Origin: Halieaceae bacterium
GTDB taxonomy: Bacteria > Pseudomonadota > Gammaproteobacteria > Pseudomonadales > Halieaceae
NCBI GenBank assembly: GCA_039989475.1
Contig: JBDXHU010000009.1
Location: 537,721 to 601,720 of the forward strand
Direction of reading: 5' to 3'
Length of the DNA stretch: 64,000 bases
The position numbers and the translations under genes were made by a program. Under the pieces are notes generated by a model. That model made no database searches, was not told the DNA's origin, and was given only the letters and a program-made list of their open reading frames with translations. Below, piece by piece: positions 45,169 through 54,456 of the stretch (the stretch's first letter is position 1; every line of letters begins with the position of its first letter).

Positions 45169-45927
45169 ATGGGAACACTGGACAACAAAGTCGGCCTGGT
45201 CACCGGTGGCGGCATGGGTATAGGCCGCGCCATCTGCCAGACCCTTGCACGCGAAGGGGCGAAGGTCGTCGTCGCCGATTTCAATGAGGAGAGCGGCCAG
45301 CAAACCGTAGAGCTGATTGAAGCAGCGGGCGGCGAGGCGCTGTTTGTGAAGGGTGATGTCAGCAAGGAAGATGAAGTGGCCGCCACCATTGACGCCGCCC
45401 TTGGCAGGTTCGGCCGGCTCGACATCGCCTGCAATAGCGCGGCGGTCAGTCGCGGCTCCGGACCCATCCACGAATACAGCAAGGAAGTCTTCGACCAGAC
45501 CCTGGACTTGTGCCTGACCAATACCTGGCTGTGCATGAAGTACGAAATTCCCGCCATGCTGGAAAATGGCGGTGGTGCCATCGTCAATATTTCCTCCAAC
45601 GCCTCGCTGCGCGGCCAGGCCCACAACACGGCCTACGCGGCTGCCAAGAGTGGGGTCAATATCCTCACCAAGAGCTCGGCCGCCGAGTACGGCGACCAGG
45701 GCATACGTATCAATGCCGTTTCACCGGGCGTCATCCGCACACCGGGCCTGGAGCAGTACTTTGTTGAGCAACCGCAGATGCGCGAGGGCCTTGAGCGAGC
45801 GGCGGTGATGAACCGTCTGGGCGAGCCCGAGGAAATTGCAGAGGCGGTCGTGTTCCTGCTGTCGGACCAGGCCTCGTTCATTACCGGGCAACTACTCTCG
45901 GTCGATGGTGGCGGAGCCGTGCGCTAG
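45169..45927 (+). CDS. Short-chain dehydrogenase/reductase
   Basis: 252 aa. TGGGMGIG and YAAAK. Ends ...SVDGGGAVR. Confidence 0.85.
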   Translation: MGTLDNKVGLVTGGGMGIGRAICQTLAREGAKVVVADFNEESGQQTVELIEAAGGEALFVKGDVSKEDEVAATIDAALGRFGRLDIACNSAAVSRGSGPIHEYSKEVFDQTLDLCLTNTWLCMKYEIPAMLENGGGAIVNISSNASLRGQAHNTAYAAAKSGVNILTKSSAAEYGDQGIRINAVSPGVIRTPGLEQYFVEQPQMREGLERAAVMNRLGEPEEIAEAVVFLLSDQASFITGQLLSVDGGGAVR

Positions 45928-46035
45928 TCTCCATCTGTCTCAACCCGTCTCACCTGGGTCGGCACTGAACGCAGCAAGGCTGAAATTTGTGGGGCTGCGT
46001 ATTACACTTCGCATCCCTGAATATGCGAGCCCTTA

Positions 46036-48231
46036 GTGACCATGTCCTTATCCAATACCCTGCCTGTCGCCCTGCTGTTACTGCTTTCTCACTTTAGCCT
46101 GGCCGCCGAACCGCCGCCCACCGCGCAGCGTCCGATAGTCGACGCCCTGCACGGCGACAGTATCACCGACAATTTCCGCTGGCTGGAAGGCGACAATGCC
46201 GATCCGGACAACATGGGCCTGCTGACCGAAGAAGTGACGCTGTGGACTGACCAGCAGAACGCCCATACCCGCAGCGTGCTCGACCAGTTGCCCGGCCGCG
46301 ATGCCCTGGAGAAGCGCCTGCGCGAACTGCTGGAAGTACCCAGCATCTCGGCGCCGGGCATGTACGGCAAGCGCTATTTTTATTCTCGCCGCGAGGGCGA
46401 GCAACCACAGGCGGTGCGCTATGTGCGCGAGGGGGTTAATGGCAAGGACCGGGTATTGCTGGACCCCGAGCAAATCGATGCCAGCGGTCTTACTACCGTG
46501 TCCTGGACTGCGCCCACGGAAAACGGCAAGTTGATGGCCTTTGGCATGTACAGTGCCGGCGACGAGAATTCCGTGCTCTACGTGATGGACGTCGATTCTG
46601 GCGAGTGGCTGGCGGACGAGATCCCGGGCAAGGTCAACTTTACCCGCTGGCTGCCAGACAACTCCGGCTTCTACTATCGTCGCCTGGAAGACCTGGACGA
46701 CGCCTACTCCGCCGTACTTAAACTGCACCGGCTGGGCACTCACCACCGGCAGGACAAGGTCTTGTTCAGGCAGCGCGATATCGAGTTTTTCTACGGTGAC
46801 GCGGGCAAATCAGAAAAGGAGCTGGCCGTACTCAGGTCTACCTGGGGACCCAACGCCGACGTCTCCCGCGATAACCGCTGGATGATGCTGTGGTACTGGA
46901 CCAGCACCGCCAGCCTCGACCTGTGGGTGGCCAACCTGGAGCAGTGGCGCCAGACCGGCAAGTTGCGGATCGTGCCGGCCGCCATGGGTTTGCAGGGCCG
47001 TATCGGTGGCGGGCACATAGAGGGCGACCGCCTCTACCTGCAGCACTCGCTGCAGGCCTCCAACGGCAAGATCTCCCTGATCGACCTCAACAAGCCTTCC
47101 TTCAAGCACTGGCGCGACCTGGTGCCGGAGCAAGAGGACCTGGTAATTGATGCCAGCAGTTTCGCCAGGGGCAAAATTGCCGTGAGCTACCTGGCCAGCG
47201 CGCAAACCCGCATCAACTTGTTCGACATGAATGGCAAGACGCAGGGTGAGCTGTCGCTGCCCGGCATCGGCACGGCGTCGCTGTCCACTCGCTTCGATCG
47301 CAGTGAGGCCTTCCTCAGCTTTTCCAGCTACAACATGCCGCGCAGCATCTATCACCTCGACCTGGATTCCGGCCAGCGCAAGCTGTGGGCGCGCCCGGAT
47401 GTGCCAGTGGACCCGGAGGATATCGAGGTCAAGCAGGTGTGGTACGAATCCAAAGACGGCACCCCGGTCTCCATGTTCATCGTGCACCGGCGCGGCCTGA
47501 AGCTGGACGGCAACAACCCGACCATCCTCTACGGTTATGGTGGTTTTGATATTTCCATGACACCGCGCTTCCGCTCGACCATGTTTCCCTGGTACGAACA
47601 GGGCGGCGTCTACGCCGTGGCCAACCTGCGCGGCGGCGGCGAGTACGGGGCCGCCTGGCACGAGGCCGGGATGCTGGGGCAGAAACAGAACGTGTTTGAT
47701 GATTTCATCGCTGCCGGGGAGTGGTTGATCGACAATGGCTATACCAACAGTGAGCGACTCGGTGTTGTCGGCGGCTCCAATGGTGGCCTGCTGACCGGTG
47801 CGGTGCTGGTGCAGCGCCCGGAGTTATTCCGTGCCGCCCTGTCGGCGGTACCGTTGCTGGATATGCTGCGCTTCCAGAACTTCCTCATGGCTCGCTACTG
47901 GGTACCCGAGTACGGTTCGGCCGAAGACGCCTCGCAGTATCGCTTCCTCAAGCAATATTCGCCCTACCAGAACGTCGCGCCGAACACCGCCTACCCGGCC
48001 GTGCTGCTAACCGCCGGCGAGAACGACAAGCGGGTACACCCACTGCACGCCCGCAAAATGGCGGCACTGCTGCAGGCCAGCACCAGCTCTGACCCGGCAC
48101 AGAAACCGGTCTTGCTGTGGGTGGATCGCGATGCCGGCCACGGCGCCGGTAAACCCCTGGACCTGCGCATACGCGATATTGCCGATCAGCGCATTTTCAT
48201 GATGTGGCAGTTGGGAATGTTGAACCAGTAG
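46036..48231 (+). CDS. Prolyl oligopeptidase (S9A family), secreted
   Basis: 731 aa. Signal peptide, beta-propeller region, catalytic GGSNGGLL, and C-terminal DRDAGHG. Confidence 0.88.
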   Translation: MTMSLSNTLPVALLLLLSHFSLAAEPPPTAQRPIVDALHGDSITDNFRWLEGDNADPDNMGLLTEEVTLWTDQQNAHTRSVLDQLPGRDALEKRLRELLEVPSISAPGMYGKRYFYSRREGEQPQAVRYVREGVNGKDRVLLDPEQIDASGLTTVSWTAPTENGKLMAFGMYSAGDENSVLYVMDVDSGEWLADEIPGKVNFTRWLPDNSGFYYRRLEDLDDAYSAVLKLHRLGTHHRQDKVLFRQRDIEFFYGDAGKSEKELAVLRSTWGPNADVSRDNRWMMLWYWTSTASLDLWVANLEQWRQTGKLRIVPAAMGLQGRIGGGHIEGDRLYLQHSLQASNGKISLIDLNKPSFKHWRDLVPEQEDLVIDASSFARGKIAVSYLASAQTRINLFDMNGKTQGELSLPGIGTASLSTRFDRSEAFLSFSSYNMPRSIYHLDLDSGQRKLWARPDVPVDPEDIEVKQVWYESKDGTPVSMFIVHRRGLKLDGNNPTILYGYGGFDISMTPRFRSTMFPWYEQGGVYAVANLRGGGEYGAAWHEAGMLGQKQNVFDDFIAAGEWLIDNGYTNSERLGVVGGSNGGLLTGAVLVQRPELFRAALSAVPLLDMLRFQNFLMARYWVPEYGSAEDASQYRFLKQYSPYQNVAPNTAYPAVLLTAGENDKRVHPLHARKMAALLQASTSSDPAQKPVLLWVDRDAGHGAGKPLDLRIRDIADQRIFMMWQLGMLNQ

Positions 48232-48311
48232 CCGGGCAGTTAGCCGGCCCGCCCCCGCGGGCCCCGAACTCGGCTAGTATGGCCTCGCAAACTTTTGAAG
48301 AGGGCAAGGAC

Positions 48312-49187
48312 ATGGAGAGTTTCCAGGACAAGATCGCGGTCGTCACCGGCGGTGCCAGTGGCATCGGTGCCGGACTGGTACGCCAGCTACTGGCTGCCGG
48401 CGCCAAAGTCGTAATCGCCGATGTCGAACAGTCCGCCCTGGACCGGGCCCTGGCGGAACTTGAGGGCAAGGGCGAAGTCAGCGGCGTGGCGACCGATGTA
48501 TCAGACCCTGAGTCAGTCAGGGCGCTCGCCGATGCGGTTTACGAGCAGTACGGTGTCTGCCACCTGCTGTTTAACAATGCCGGGGTAGCTGCGCCCTCCG
48601 CCAATGTCTGGGAAACCACAGTCAACGACTGGAAGTGGGTGCACGGCGTCAACGTCATGGGCGTGATGCACGGCATCCAGGCCTTTGTGCCGCGCATGAT
48701 CGAAGGCGGCGAGGAAGGCCACATTATCAACACTTCCTCCGGTGATGGCGGCATCTCGCCCCTGCCCTACCAGTCGGTGTACGCCTCCAGCAAGGCGGCG
48801 GTGTCCATCATCACCGAGTGCCTGGGTGCCCAGTTGCAGAGCGAGGGTACCAAGCTGAGGGCATCCCTTTTCTATCCCTCCGGCGGCATGCTCGATACCG
48901 GGATCTGGACCACCGACCGCAACCGGCCGGCAGAGCTCGCCCGCGAGAAGCCGGGCACACCCGTGCCCACCGTGCAGGACTTCAAGGTTGCTATGGAACA
49001 GGCCGGCATCGAATTGCAATTCCAGGACCTGGATGAACTGGCCAGCTTTGCCCTGGACGGCATCCTGGCGGGCAATTTCATCCTGATGATTGGTATAGAA
49101 GGCGCCGAGGCCCAGTTGACTGATCGCGCCCAGCGCTATGGCCGCGCCGAGCTACCGATCGACTTGCAGGATATCCCGCAATTGTAG
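48312..49187 (+). CDS. Short-chain dehydrogenase/reductase
   Basis: Trimmed to MESFQDKIAVVTGGASGIG. NNAG and YASSK motifs present. Confidence 0.8.
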   Translation: MESFQDKIAVVTGGASGIGAGLVRQLLAAGAKVVIADVEQSALDRALAELEGKGEVSGVATDVSDPESVRALADAVYEQYGVCHLLFNNAGVAAPSANVWETTVNDWKWVHGVNVMGVMHGIQAFVPRMIEGGEEGHIINTSSGDGGISPLPYQSVYASSKAAVSIITECLGAQLQSEGTKLRASLFYPSGGMLDTGIWTTDRNRPAELAREKPGTPVPTVQDFKVAMEQAGIELQFQDLDELASFALDGILAGNFILMIGIEGAEAQLTDRAQRYGRAELPIDLQDIPQL

Positions 49188-49201
49188 GATTGGGCGGCTG
49201 C

Positions 49202-49888
49202 TTACAAATGGCGCAGGTACTTGAGTGTCTCGCCCACCATGACGCAGCGATGACGGCTGCCCTCGGCCGCCGGGTCGCAGCTGTCAAAGCCGGCATCGCC
49301 TTCATAGAGAAAATGTAACTCCTCGTCCAACTGCGTCACCCGCGGCGCAAACATCACCGGCTCGGAAATCGGCGCTACCTGGTGTACCTCACGGCAGTCG
49401 CTGAAATTGCTCAACTCCAGCAGGGTAATGTAGGTCGGCGGCATCAAGCGCAGCTCACCGCTGGCCTGCTCAGCCAGGGCGTCGGCCGGGGTGACCCAGC
49501 GATGGTGGGAGATCTCCCCGCCATCCACGACCACTTCCTGGTCCTGTTCCAGAACGCCTACGAAGAACCAGGTCGCGAAGCGCTTCTTGGCGCCCTCCGG
49601 CGTGGTCCAGTGGGAGGTGTAATAGAGGTGGTCGGCGGCAATCTCGAGGCCCGCCTCTTCGCGGGTTTCGCGAATTGCCGCGTTGAGGGCGGCGCCATAA
49701 TCGTCCGTGTCATCGCTGTGGTCTTCAGGGTCGACCCGGCCGCCGGGAAACACCCACATGCCGCCCATGTGCTTGACCTGCTCGCTGCGACAAACCATCA
49801 ATACTTCCAGCCCGGCATCGCCATCGCGCACCAGGACAACGGTTGCCGAGGGAAATGCCTCGGTCACAGTAGTGCTGTTGAACTCCAT
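49202..49888 (-). CDS. NUDIX hydrolase
   Basis: 228 aa. Nudix box GGRVDPED...AAIRETREEAGLE. The ATG immediately follows the stop of the HxlR gene. Confidence 0.8.
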   Translation of the reverse strand: MEFNSTTVTEAFPSATVVLVRDGDAGLEVLMVCRSEQVKHMGGMWVFPGGRVDPEDHSDDTDDYGAALNAAIRETREEAGLEIAADHLYYTSHWTTPEGAKKRFATWFFVGVLEQDQEVVVDGGEISHHRWVTPADALAEQASGELRLMPPTYITLLELSNFSDCREVHQVAPISEPVMFAPRVTQLDEELHFLYEGDAGFDSCDPAAEGSRHRCVMVGETLKYLRHL

Positions 49889-50455
49889 TCAGGAAGCCTG
49901 CTCAAGATTGTCTGCGGGGGCATCCGCAGGGGCGGAGCCAGATTCCAATGGCCATTGTCGAATCGGCATTTCGCCAGCGGCGGTAATGGCCGTCAGGTAG
50001 AGGTCGTTCATCATCAGGGGTTCACCGTGGCTACTCTGCACAGTCAGCGGGGCAATCTCTTCTTCGCGCTTGCGATCGCGCACATTCAAAAAGCGCTGCC
50101 CTGGCAACTGCTGCCATTTGTCGCCCCACTGCAACATGGCAATCATGATGGGCATCAGGTCCCTGCCCTTCTCCGTCAGTTGGTAAGCGCAGCGCTTGCC
50201 ACCCTCTTGCAGTGGCACCCGCTCTATCACGCCCGCATCGGTCAGGGTCTTGAGACGTTCGGTGAGAATATTGCGGGAAATACCAAGGCTATCGCGCAAC
50301 TGCTCGAAACGGCGAGTGCCATTGCCGAGGAAGAAATCACGCACAATCAGCATGCTCCACCACTCGCCGATGACGTTAAGCGCCTGGGCCAGCGAACAGT
50401 GCATATCGGCAAAGGATTTTTTAACCATAGTGTGTTGTTTCCGGGTTTGGTGCAT
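49889..50455 (-). CDS. HxlR-family (MarR-like winged-helix) transcriptional regulator
   Basis: HxlR signature CSLAQALNVIGEWWSMLIVRDFFLG..RRFEQLRDSLGISRNILTERLKTL. The start could be the internal MVKKS. Confidence 0.8.
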   Translation of the reverse strand: MHQTRKQHTMVKKSFADMHCSLAQALNVIGEWWSMLIVRDFFLGNGTRRFEQLRDSLGISRNILTERLKTLTDAGVIERVPLQEGGKRCAYQLTEKGRDLMPIMIAMLQWGDKWQQLPGQRFLNVRDRKREEEIAPLTVQSSHGEPLMMNDLYLTAITAAGEMPIRQWPLESGSAPADAPADNLEQAS

Positions 50456-50530
50456 TTATCAGTCTTATGCCGGCACAACATACCGGAAATACGGGGCGAT
50501 AACAAATTAGTTGCATTTTAGAACTTACCC

Positions 50531-50710
50531 AGCGATGGGGTCAGCGATGGGGTCAGACCCCATTTACCTCCGACCCCATTTACCTCCGACCCCATTTACC
50601 TCCGACCCCATTTACCTCCGACCCCATTGGGGTCAGACCCCATTTACCTCCGACCCCATTCACGCCTGCGCGGCCCGCTCCGACCCCAGTGGGGTCTGAC
50701 CCCATTTACG
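50531..50710. repeat. REP-like array: 16-nt-phased units GACCCCATTTACCTCC with palindromic GGGGTC/GACCCC modules and one 30-nt variant unit
   Basis: GACCCC recurs at 50556, 50572, 50588, 50604, 50620, 50636, 50652, 50682 and 50698. Palindromes include ATGGGGTCAGACCCCAT and GACCCCAGTGGGGTC. The array shares an exact 37-mer (50652-50688) with the array at 55711-55881. Confidence 0.9.
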
Positions 50711-51181
50711 TCAGGCGGGGTAGAAGCGGCTGATGGTGTCGACGCTACAGGCGGGGCGGTCGCTGTCTTCAAGTTCGACGATGATGCGCACCACCACCTG
50801 GATACCACCTTTGACTTCCTCGGCACTAATGACTTCGCCTACCCCGCGAATGCGGCTGCCGACCGGCACGGGCGCGGGGAAGCGGACCCGATCACAGCCG
50901 TAATTCACCCCCATGGCGACGTTTTCCACGACCATTAGCTGCGGCAGAAACAGGTTTGCCAGGGACAGGGTCAGGTAGCCATGGGCGATGGTTCTGCCAA
51001 AGGGTCCGTCTTTGGCTTGCTCCGGATCGACGTGAATCCACTGGTGGTCTCCTGTTGCGTCAGCAAACAAATCGATGCGTTGCTGGCCCATATCCAGCCA
51101 CTCCGTGGGCCCCAGTTGCTCACCAACGGCCTCCAGCAAGGCCGCCGGGCTGGCGTATACAGTCGTCATACTCATCCCCAA
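50711..51181 (-). CDS. MaoC-like (R)-specific enoyl-CoA hydratase, single hot-dog
   Basis: 156 aa. FADATGDHQWIHVDPEQAKDGPFGRTIAHGYLTLS is a classic MaoC dehydratase motif. Confidence 0.8.
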   Translation of the reverse strand: MGMSMTTVYASPAALLEAVGEQLGPTEWLDMGQQRIDLFADATGDHQWIHVDPEQAKDGPFGRTIAHGYLTLSLANLFLPQLMVVENVAMGVNYGCDRVRFPAPVPVGSRIRGVGEVISAEEVKGGIQVVVRIIVELEDSDRPACSVDTISRFYPA

Positions 51182-51333
51182 TCGTTAGTTAAGTCATTAA
51201 TTTAAAAGCAGTTTATACATTAGGCAATTAGAAGGCGTCCACTCAGAACAAAACTTTCTGAAAAACGGCTTGCATACTTATACTGGTGTAGTGTTATAGT
51301 TATGTATAACAGTAAACAAGAACTCACAATGCC

Positions 51334-54300
51334 ATGCACGAACCTGACTTCAGTAAACCACATTACCTGATCGAGACCTTCACCCGGCATCGACTGGCCT
51401 CCAACCTGTTGATGATCATGTTGATCCTGGCGGGAATCTGGGGGGTGCGCCAGCTTACCGTGCAACTCAATCCGAACCAGGACTCCCTCGGCGCCAGTGT
51501 CAGCCTGGTGTGGCCGGGGGCCGGTGCGGAAGACGTGGAACGCCTGGTGACACAACCGGTTGAATACCAGTTGCGCTCGCTCACCCAACTCGCCAGCCTC
51601 ACCTCCAGCACCAGTGACGGCGTCGCTGAGATAAACCTGCGCTTCGACAAAGGCACTGACATGATCGATGCCATGGATCGCATCAAGCAGCAGGTGTCCC
51701 AGGTGCGCGGGCTGCCGGTAGATCTCGAACCACCCATGATCCAGCGCCGCGCCTACCTGGACCTGATTGCCGCTATCCTGATCTCCAGCGAAGGAGAAAT
51801 TGACGAACTGGTACCGGTGGCCCGTGAGATCGAGAGAGACCTGTTGGCCCGCGGCATCGACAAGGTTGAATTCCGCGGCGTGCCGGAGGAAGAAATTGCT
51901 ATCCAGGTTGATAGCCAGACCCTGTTCGAACTTGGCGTTCCCCTGTCGGCCATCGCCGCCAGCGTTCTCAGCAGCAGCACTGACGTGCCTGCCGGGAGCG
52001 CGGGCGGTGGCCAACTTCAACGCAAGCTGCGCAGCCTCGATCAACGTCGCAGCGCCGAAGAATTTGCCCAGCTACCCCTGCACAGCACCTCGGACTCCGA
52101 ACTGGTGCGACTAGGCGATATCGCCAAAATTGAGCGTCGCCAGAAAGATGACCAGCGCATGGTCTACTATGAAAACCGTCCCGCGATCATGATCCGCCTG
52201 AGTCGAGGCGCCGAGTCTGACACCCTGGACGCCGCCGACATCCTCTACGCCTGGCAGGCCGATAACGCCGAGGCGCTGCAGGAACGTGGCATCAAGGCCA
52301 CTATCTGGTTGGAAGGCTGGCGCTTTGCCATGGACCAGATCTCACTGGTACTGAAAAACGGCGTGGGCGGCCTGTTCCTGGTCATCGCTACTTTATTCCT
52401 GTTTCTCAACGGCCGCGCCGCCTGGTGGGTAACCATCGGTATACCCGTATCTTTCCTCGGTGCGCTGGCGGTTTTTCACGCCTTCGGCGGCAGCATCAAC
52501 TTCATCAGCATGATCGGCGTAGTAATGGCACTGGGTATCGTGGTCGACGACGCCATCGTCGTCGGCGAACACTCTCTGGCCCTGTATGAAGAGGGTCACA
52601 GCCCGGAGCAAGCCGCCGCCTTTGGTGCCCAGCGTATGTTCGCCCCGGTGATGGCCTCCTCCCTCACCACCCTGGCCGCCTTTCTGCCCTTGCTGGCCAT
52701 CGACGAGCCCTTCATCCGCGAAATCCCGATACTGATGATGTGTGTCATCATCGCATCACTGGTCGAGTGCTTCCTGATCATGCCCGGCCACCTGCGTCAC
52801 AGTTTCAGCCGTATGCAGCAGGAAAAACCATCAAAAATGCGCAGCTGGTTCGACGCACGCTTCGATCATTTTCGCCAGAACATCTATCTGCCAAGCCTGA
52901 ACAGCGCACTGGGCAATCGTCGCTCGGTGCTGACGCTGGCCCTGTTCGGATTCATCATCGCCATTACCTTGCTTGCCAGTGGCCGCATCAAACCCGACCT
53001 CAATGTAAACGTAAACTTTGAGTTCGCCGACGCCTACATGCAATTTGCCGCCGGCACCAGCGACCACCAGAAAGAAGAGTGGCTGGCCACCATGGCCAAG
53101 GCGGTGGACGAAACGGAAGCGGCCCTGGGCGGCGACCTGGTAATCACCCATGTCATCAATCGCAACTGGGCCTTTCTCGATGAGGAGGCCAAGGCAGGCA
53201 GCCAGTATGCGACCTTGTGGGTAGAGTTAATCTCACCGGAGCAGCGCGAGATCACCCTGGATGAATTCATCGCGGCCTGGCAGGAAAACCTGCCCCAGTC
53301 GCCCTATGTGGAGCGCCTGCGGATTGGCTCCGGTGACGGCACCTGGCCAGACCTGGGTTTGTATTTCTCCGGCGCGGACACCAGCACCCTGAAAGCCGCC
53401 GCAGAAGAGCTGGCCGCGAGTATTGCCACCTACCCCGGGGTTACCAATGTGTTCGACGACCTGCCTTACGGCAAGGAGCAATGGATTATCTCGCTGACCA
53501 CCGAGGGTCGCAGCCTGGGCTTGACCAGTGCCGATGTCGGCCGCCAACTGCGGGCTGCCTTCGAGGGTTACCGGGTGCAGTTGTTCACCGAGAACGACGC
53601 CGAGCTGGAGGTTCGGGTGAGCCTGCCCACTGCTGAGCGCAATCGTCTCGACACCCTGCATCAATTGCCCATCGCCACCCCCGGTGGAGAGGCCCTACCC
53701 CTGCTGGCGGTGGCTGAAATAAGCAGCCGCCGTGGCATCGACCGCATCAACCACCGCAATGCCATGAAGGCCGTCAATGTCTTTGCCCACGTGGACAAGA
53801 AGATCAACACCGCGATGGCGATTATTGAGTCGCTGGAAGAAGAGGTGATTCCGGATATTGCCGCCCGCTACGACGTCAACTACGGCCTCGGTGAAGCATC
53901 AGCCGAAGAGGCGGAAATGCTGATGGATATGTTGTTAGGTGCGGTGATCGGCCTGTTGCTGATCTACCTGATCCTGGCGTGGGTGTTCGCCTCCTGGAGC
54001 TGGCCGCTGGCGGTGATGGCCGCGATACCGCTGGGGCTGACTGGCGCCCTGGCCGGATTGTTCATACTCGACCTGAACCTGGGTGCACTGGCCATTATGG
54101 GTGTGTTTACCCTGACCGGCGTGATCGTCAACGACTCGATCATCCTCATCACCTCCTATAGAGAGGCACGGGAAAAGGGACTGGATACCCACGCGGCGCT
54201 GGCAAGCGCTTGTGGCCAGCGCCTGCGCCCGGTAATTCTTACCTCACTCACCACCACCCTGGGTCTAGGTCCGTTGATGCTGGAAAGCTCTCCCATGGGT

Positions 54301-54456
54301 GAAGTCATGGTGCCGCTGGCGGCGGTGATTTGCTTTGGCCTGCTTTACGGCACCACCCTCATTCTGTTTGTTATCCCAACCATCCTGTCTGTGCTGGAGC
54401 AGTTTGCTCCATCCCGGCGTGAAGGAGTTTCCCATGAAGTTCAGTTTGCGAATTAA
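51334..54456 (+). CDS. RND efflux transporter, inner-membrane permease (AcrB/HAE-type)
   Basis: 1040 aa with 12-TM/2-loop architecture. Conserved VVDDAIVVGE and GVIVNDSIILI motifs. Confidence 0.9.
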   Translation: MHEPDFSKPHYLIETFTRHRLASNLLMIMLILAGIWGVRQLTVQLNPNQDSLGASVSLVWPGAGAEDVERLVTQPVEYQLRSLTQLASLTSSTSDGVAEINLRFDKGTDMIDAMDRIKQQVSQVRGLPVDLEPPMIQRRAYLDLIAAILISSEGEIDELVPVAREIERDLLARGIDKVEFRGVPEEEIAIQVDSQTLFELGVPLSAIAASVLSSSTDVPAGSAGGGQLQRKLRSLDQRRSAEEFAQLPLHSTSDSELVRLGDIAKIERRQKDDQRMVYYENRPAIMIRLSRGAESDTLDAADILYAWQADNAEALQERGIKATIWLEGWRFAMDQISLVLKNGVGGLFLVIATLFLFLNGRAAWWVTIGIPVSFLGALAVFHAFGGSINFISMIGVVMALGIVVDDAIVVGEHSLALYEEGHSPEQAAAFGAQRMFAPVMASSLTTLAAFLPLLAIDEPFIREIPILMMCVIIASLVECFLIMPGHLRHSFSRMQQEKPSKMRSWFDARFDHFRQNIYLPSLNSALGNRRSVLTLALFGFIIAITLLASGRIKPDLNVNVNFEFADAYMQFAAGTSDHQKEEWLATMAKAVDETEAALGGDLVITHVINRNWAFLDEEAKAGSQYATLWVELISPEQREITLDEFIAAWQENLPQSPYVERLRIGSGDGTWPDLGLYFSGADTSTLKAAAEELAASIATYPGVTNVFDDLPYGKEQWIISLTTEGRSLGLTSADVGRQLRAAFEGYRVQLFTENDAELEVRVSLPTAERNRLDTLHQLPIATPGGEALPLLAVAEISSRRGIDRINHRNAMKAVNVFAHVDKKINTAMAIIESLEEEVIPDIAARYDVNYGLGEASAEEAEMLMDMLLGAVIGLLLIYLILAWVFASWSWPLAVMAAIPLGLTGALAGLFILDLNLGALAIMGVFTLTGVIVNDSIILITSYREAREKGLDTHAALASACGQRLRPVILTSLTTTLGLGPLMLESSPMGEVMVPLAAVICFGLLYGTTLILFVIPTILSVLEQFAPSRREGVSHEVQFAN

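Noticed and set aside
50511-50699. Track ORFs translated through the repeat arrays (50511..50699, 50627..50938, 55491..55877, 55787..55993) giving periodic peptides such as DPIYLRPH.
   Set aside because: The periodic peptide sequence merely reflects the 16-nt DNA repeat. There is no SD or start context, and the ORFs overlap real genes or the intergenic arrays.
50531-50710. Possible CRISPR array (regular short repeats); the same question applies to 55711..55881 and 17616..17757.
   Set aside because: The periods are 16 nt and 24-25 nt with no unique spacers of about 30 nt between repeats. The units are contiguous and degenerate, and no cas genes are present. These are REP-like or tandem repeats.
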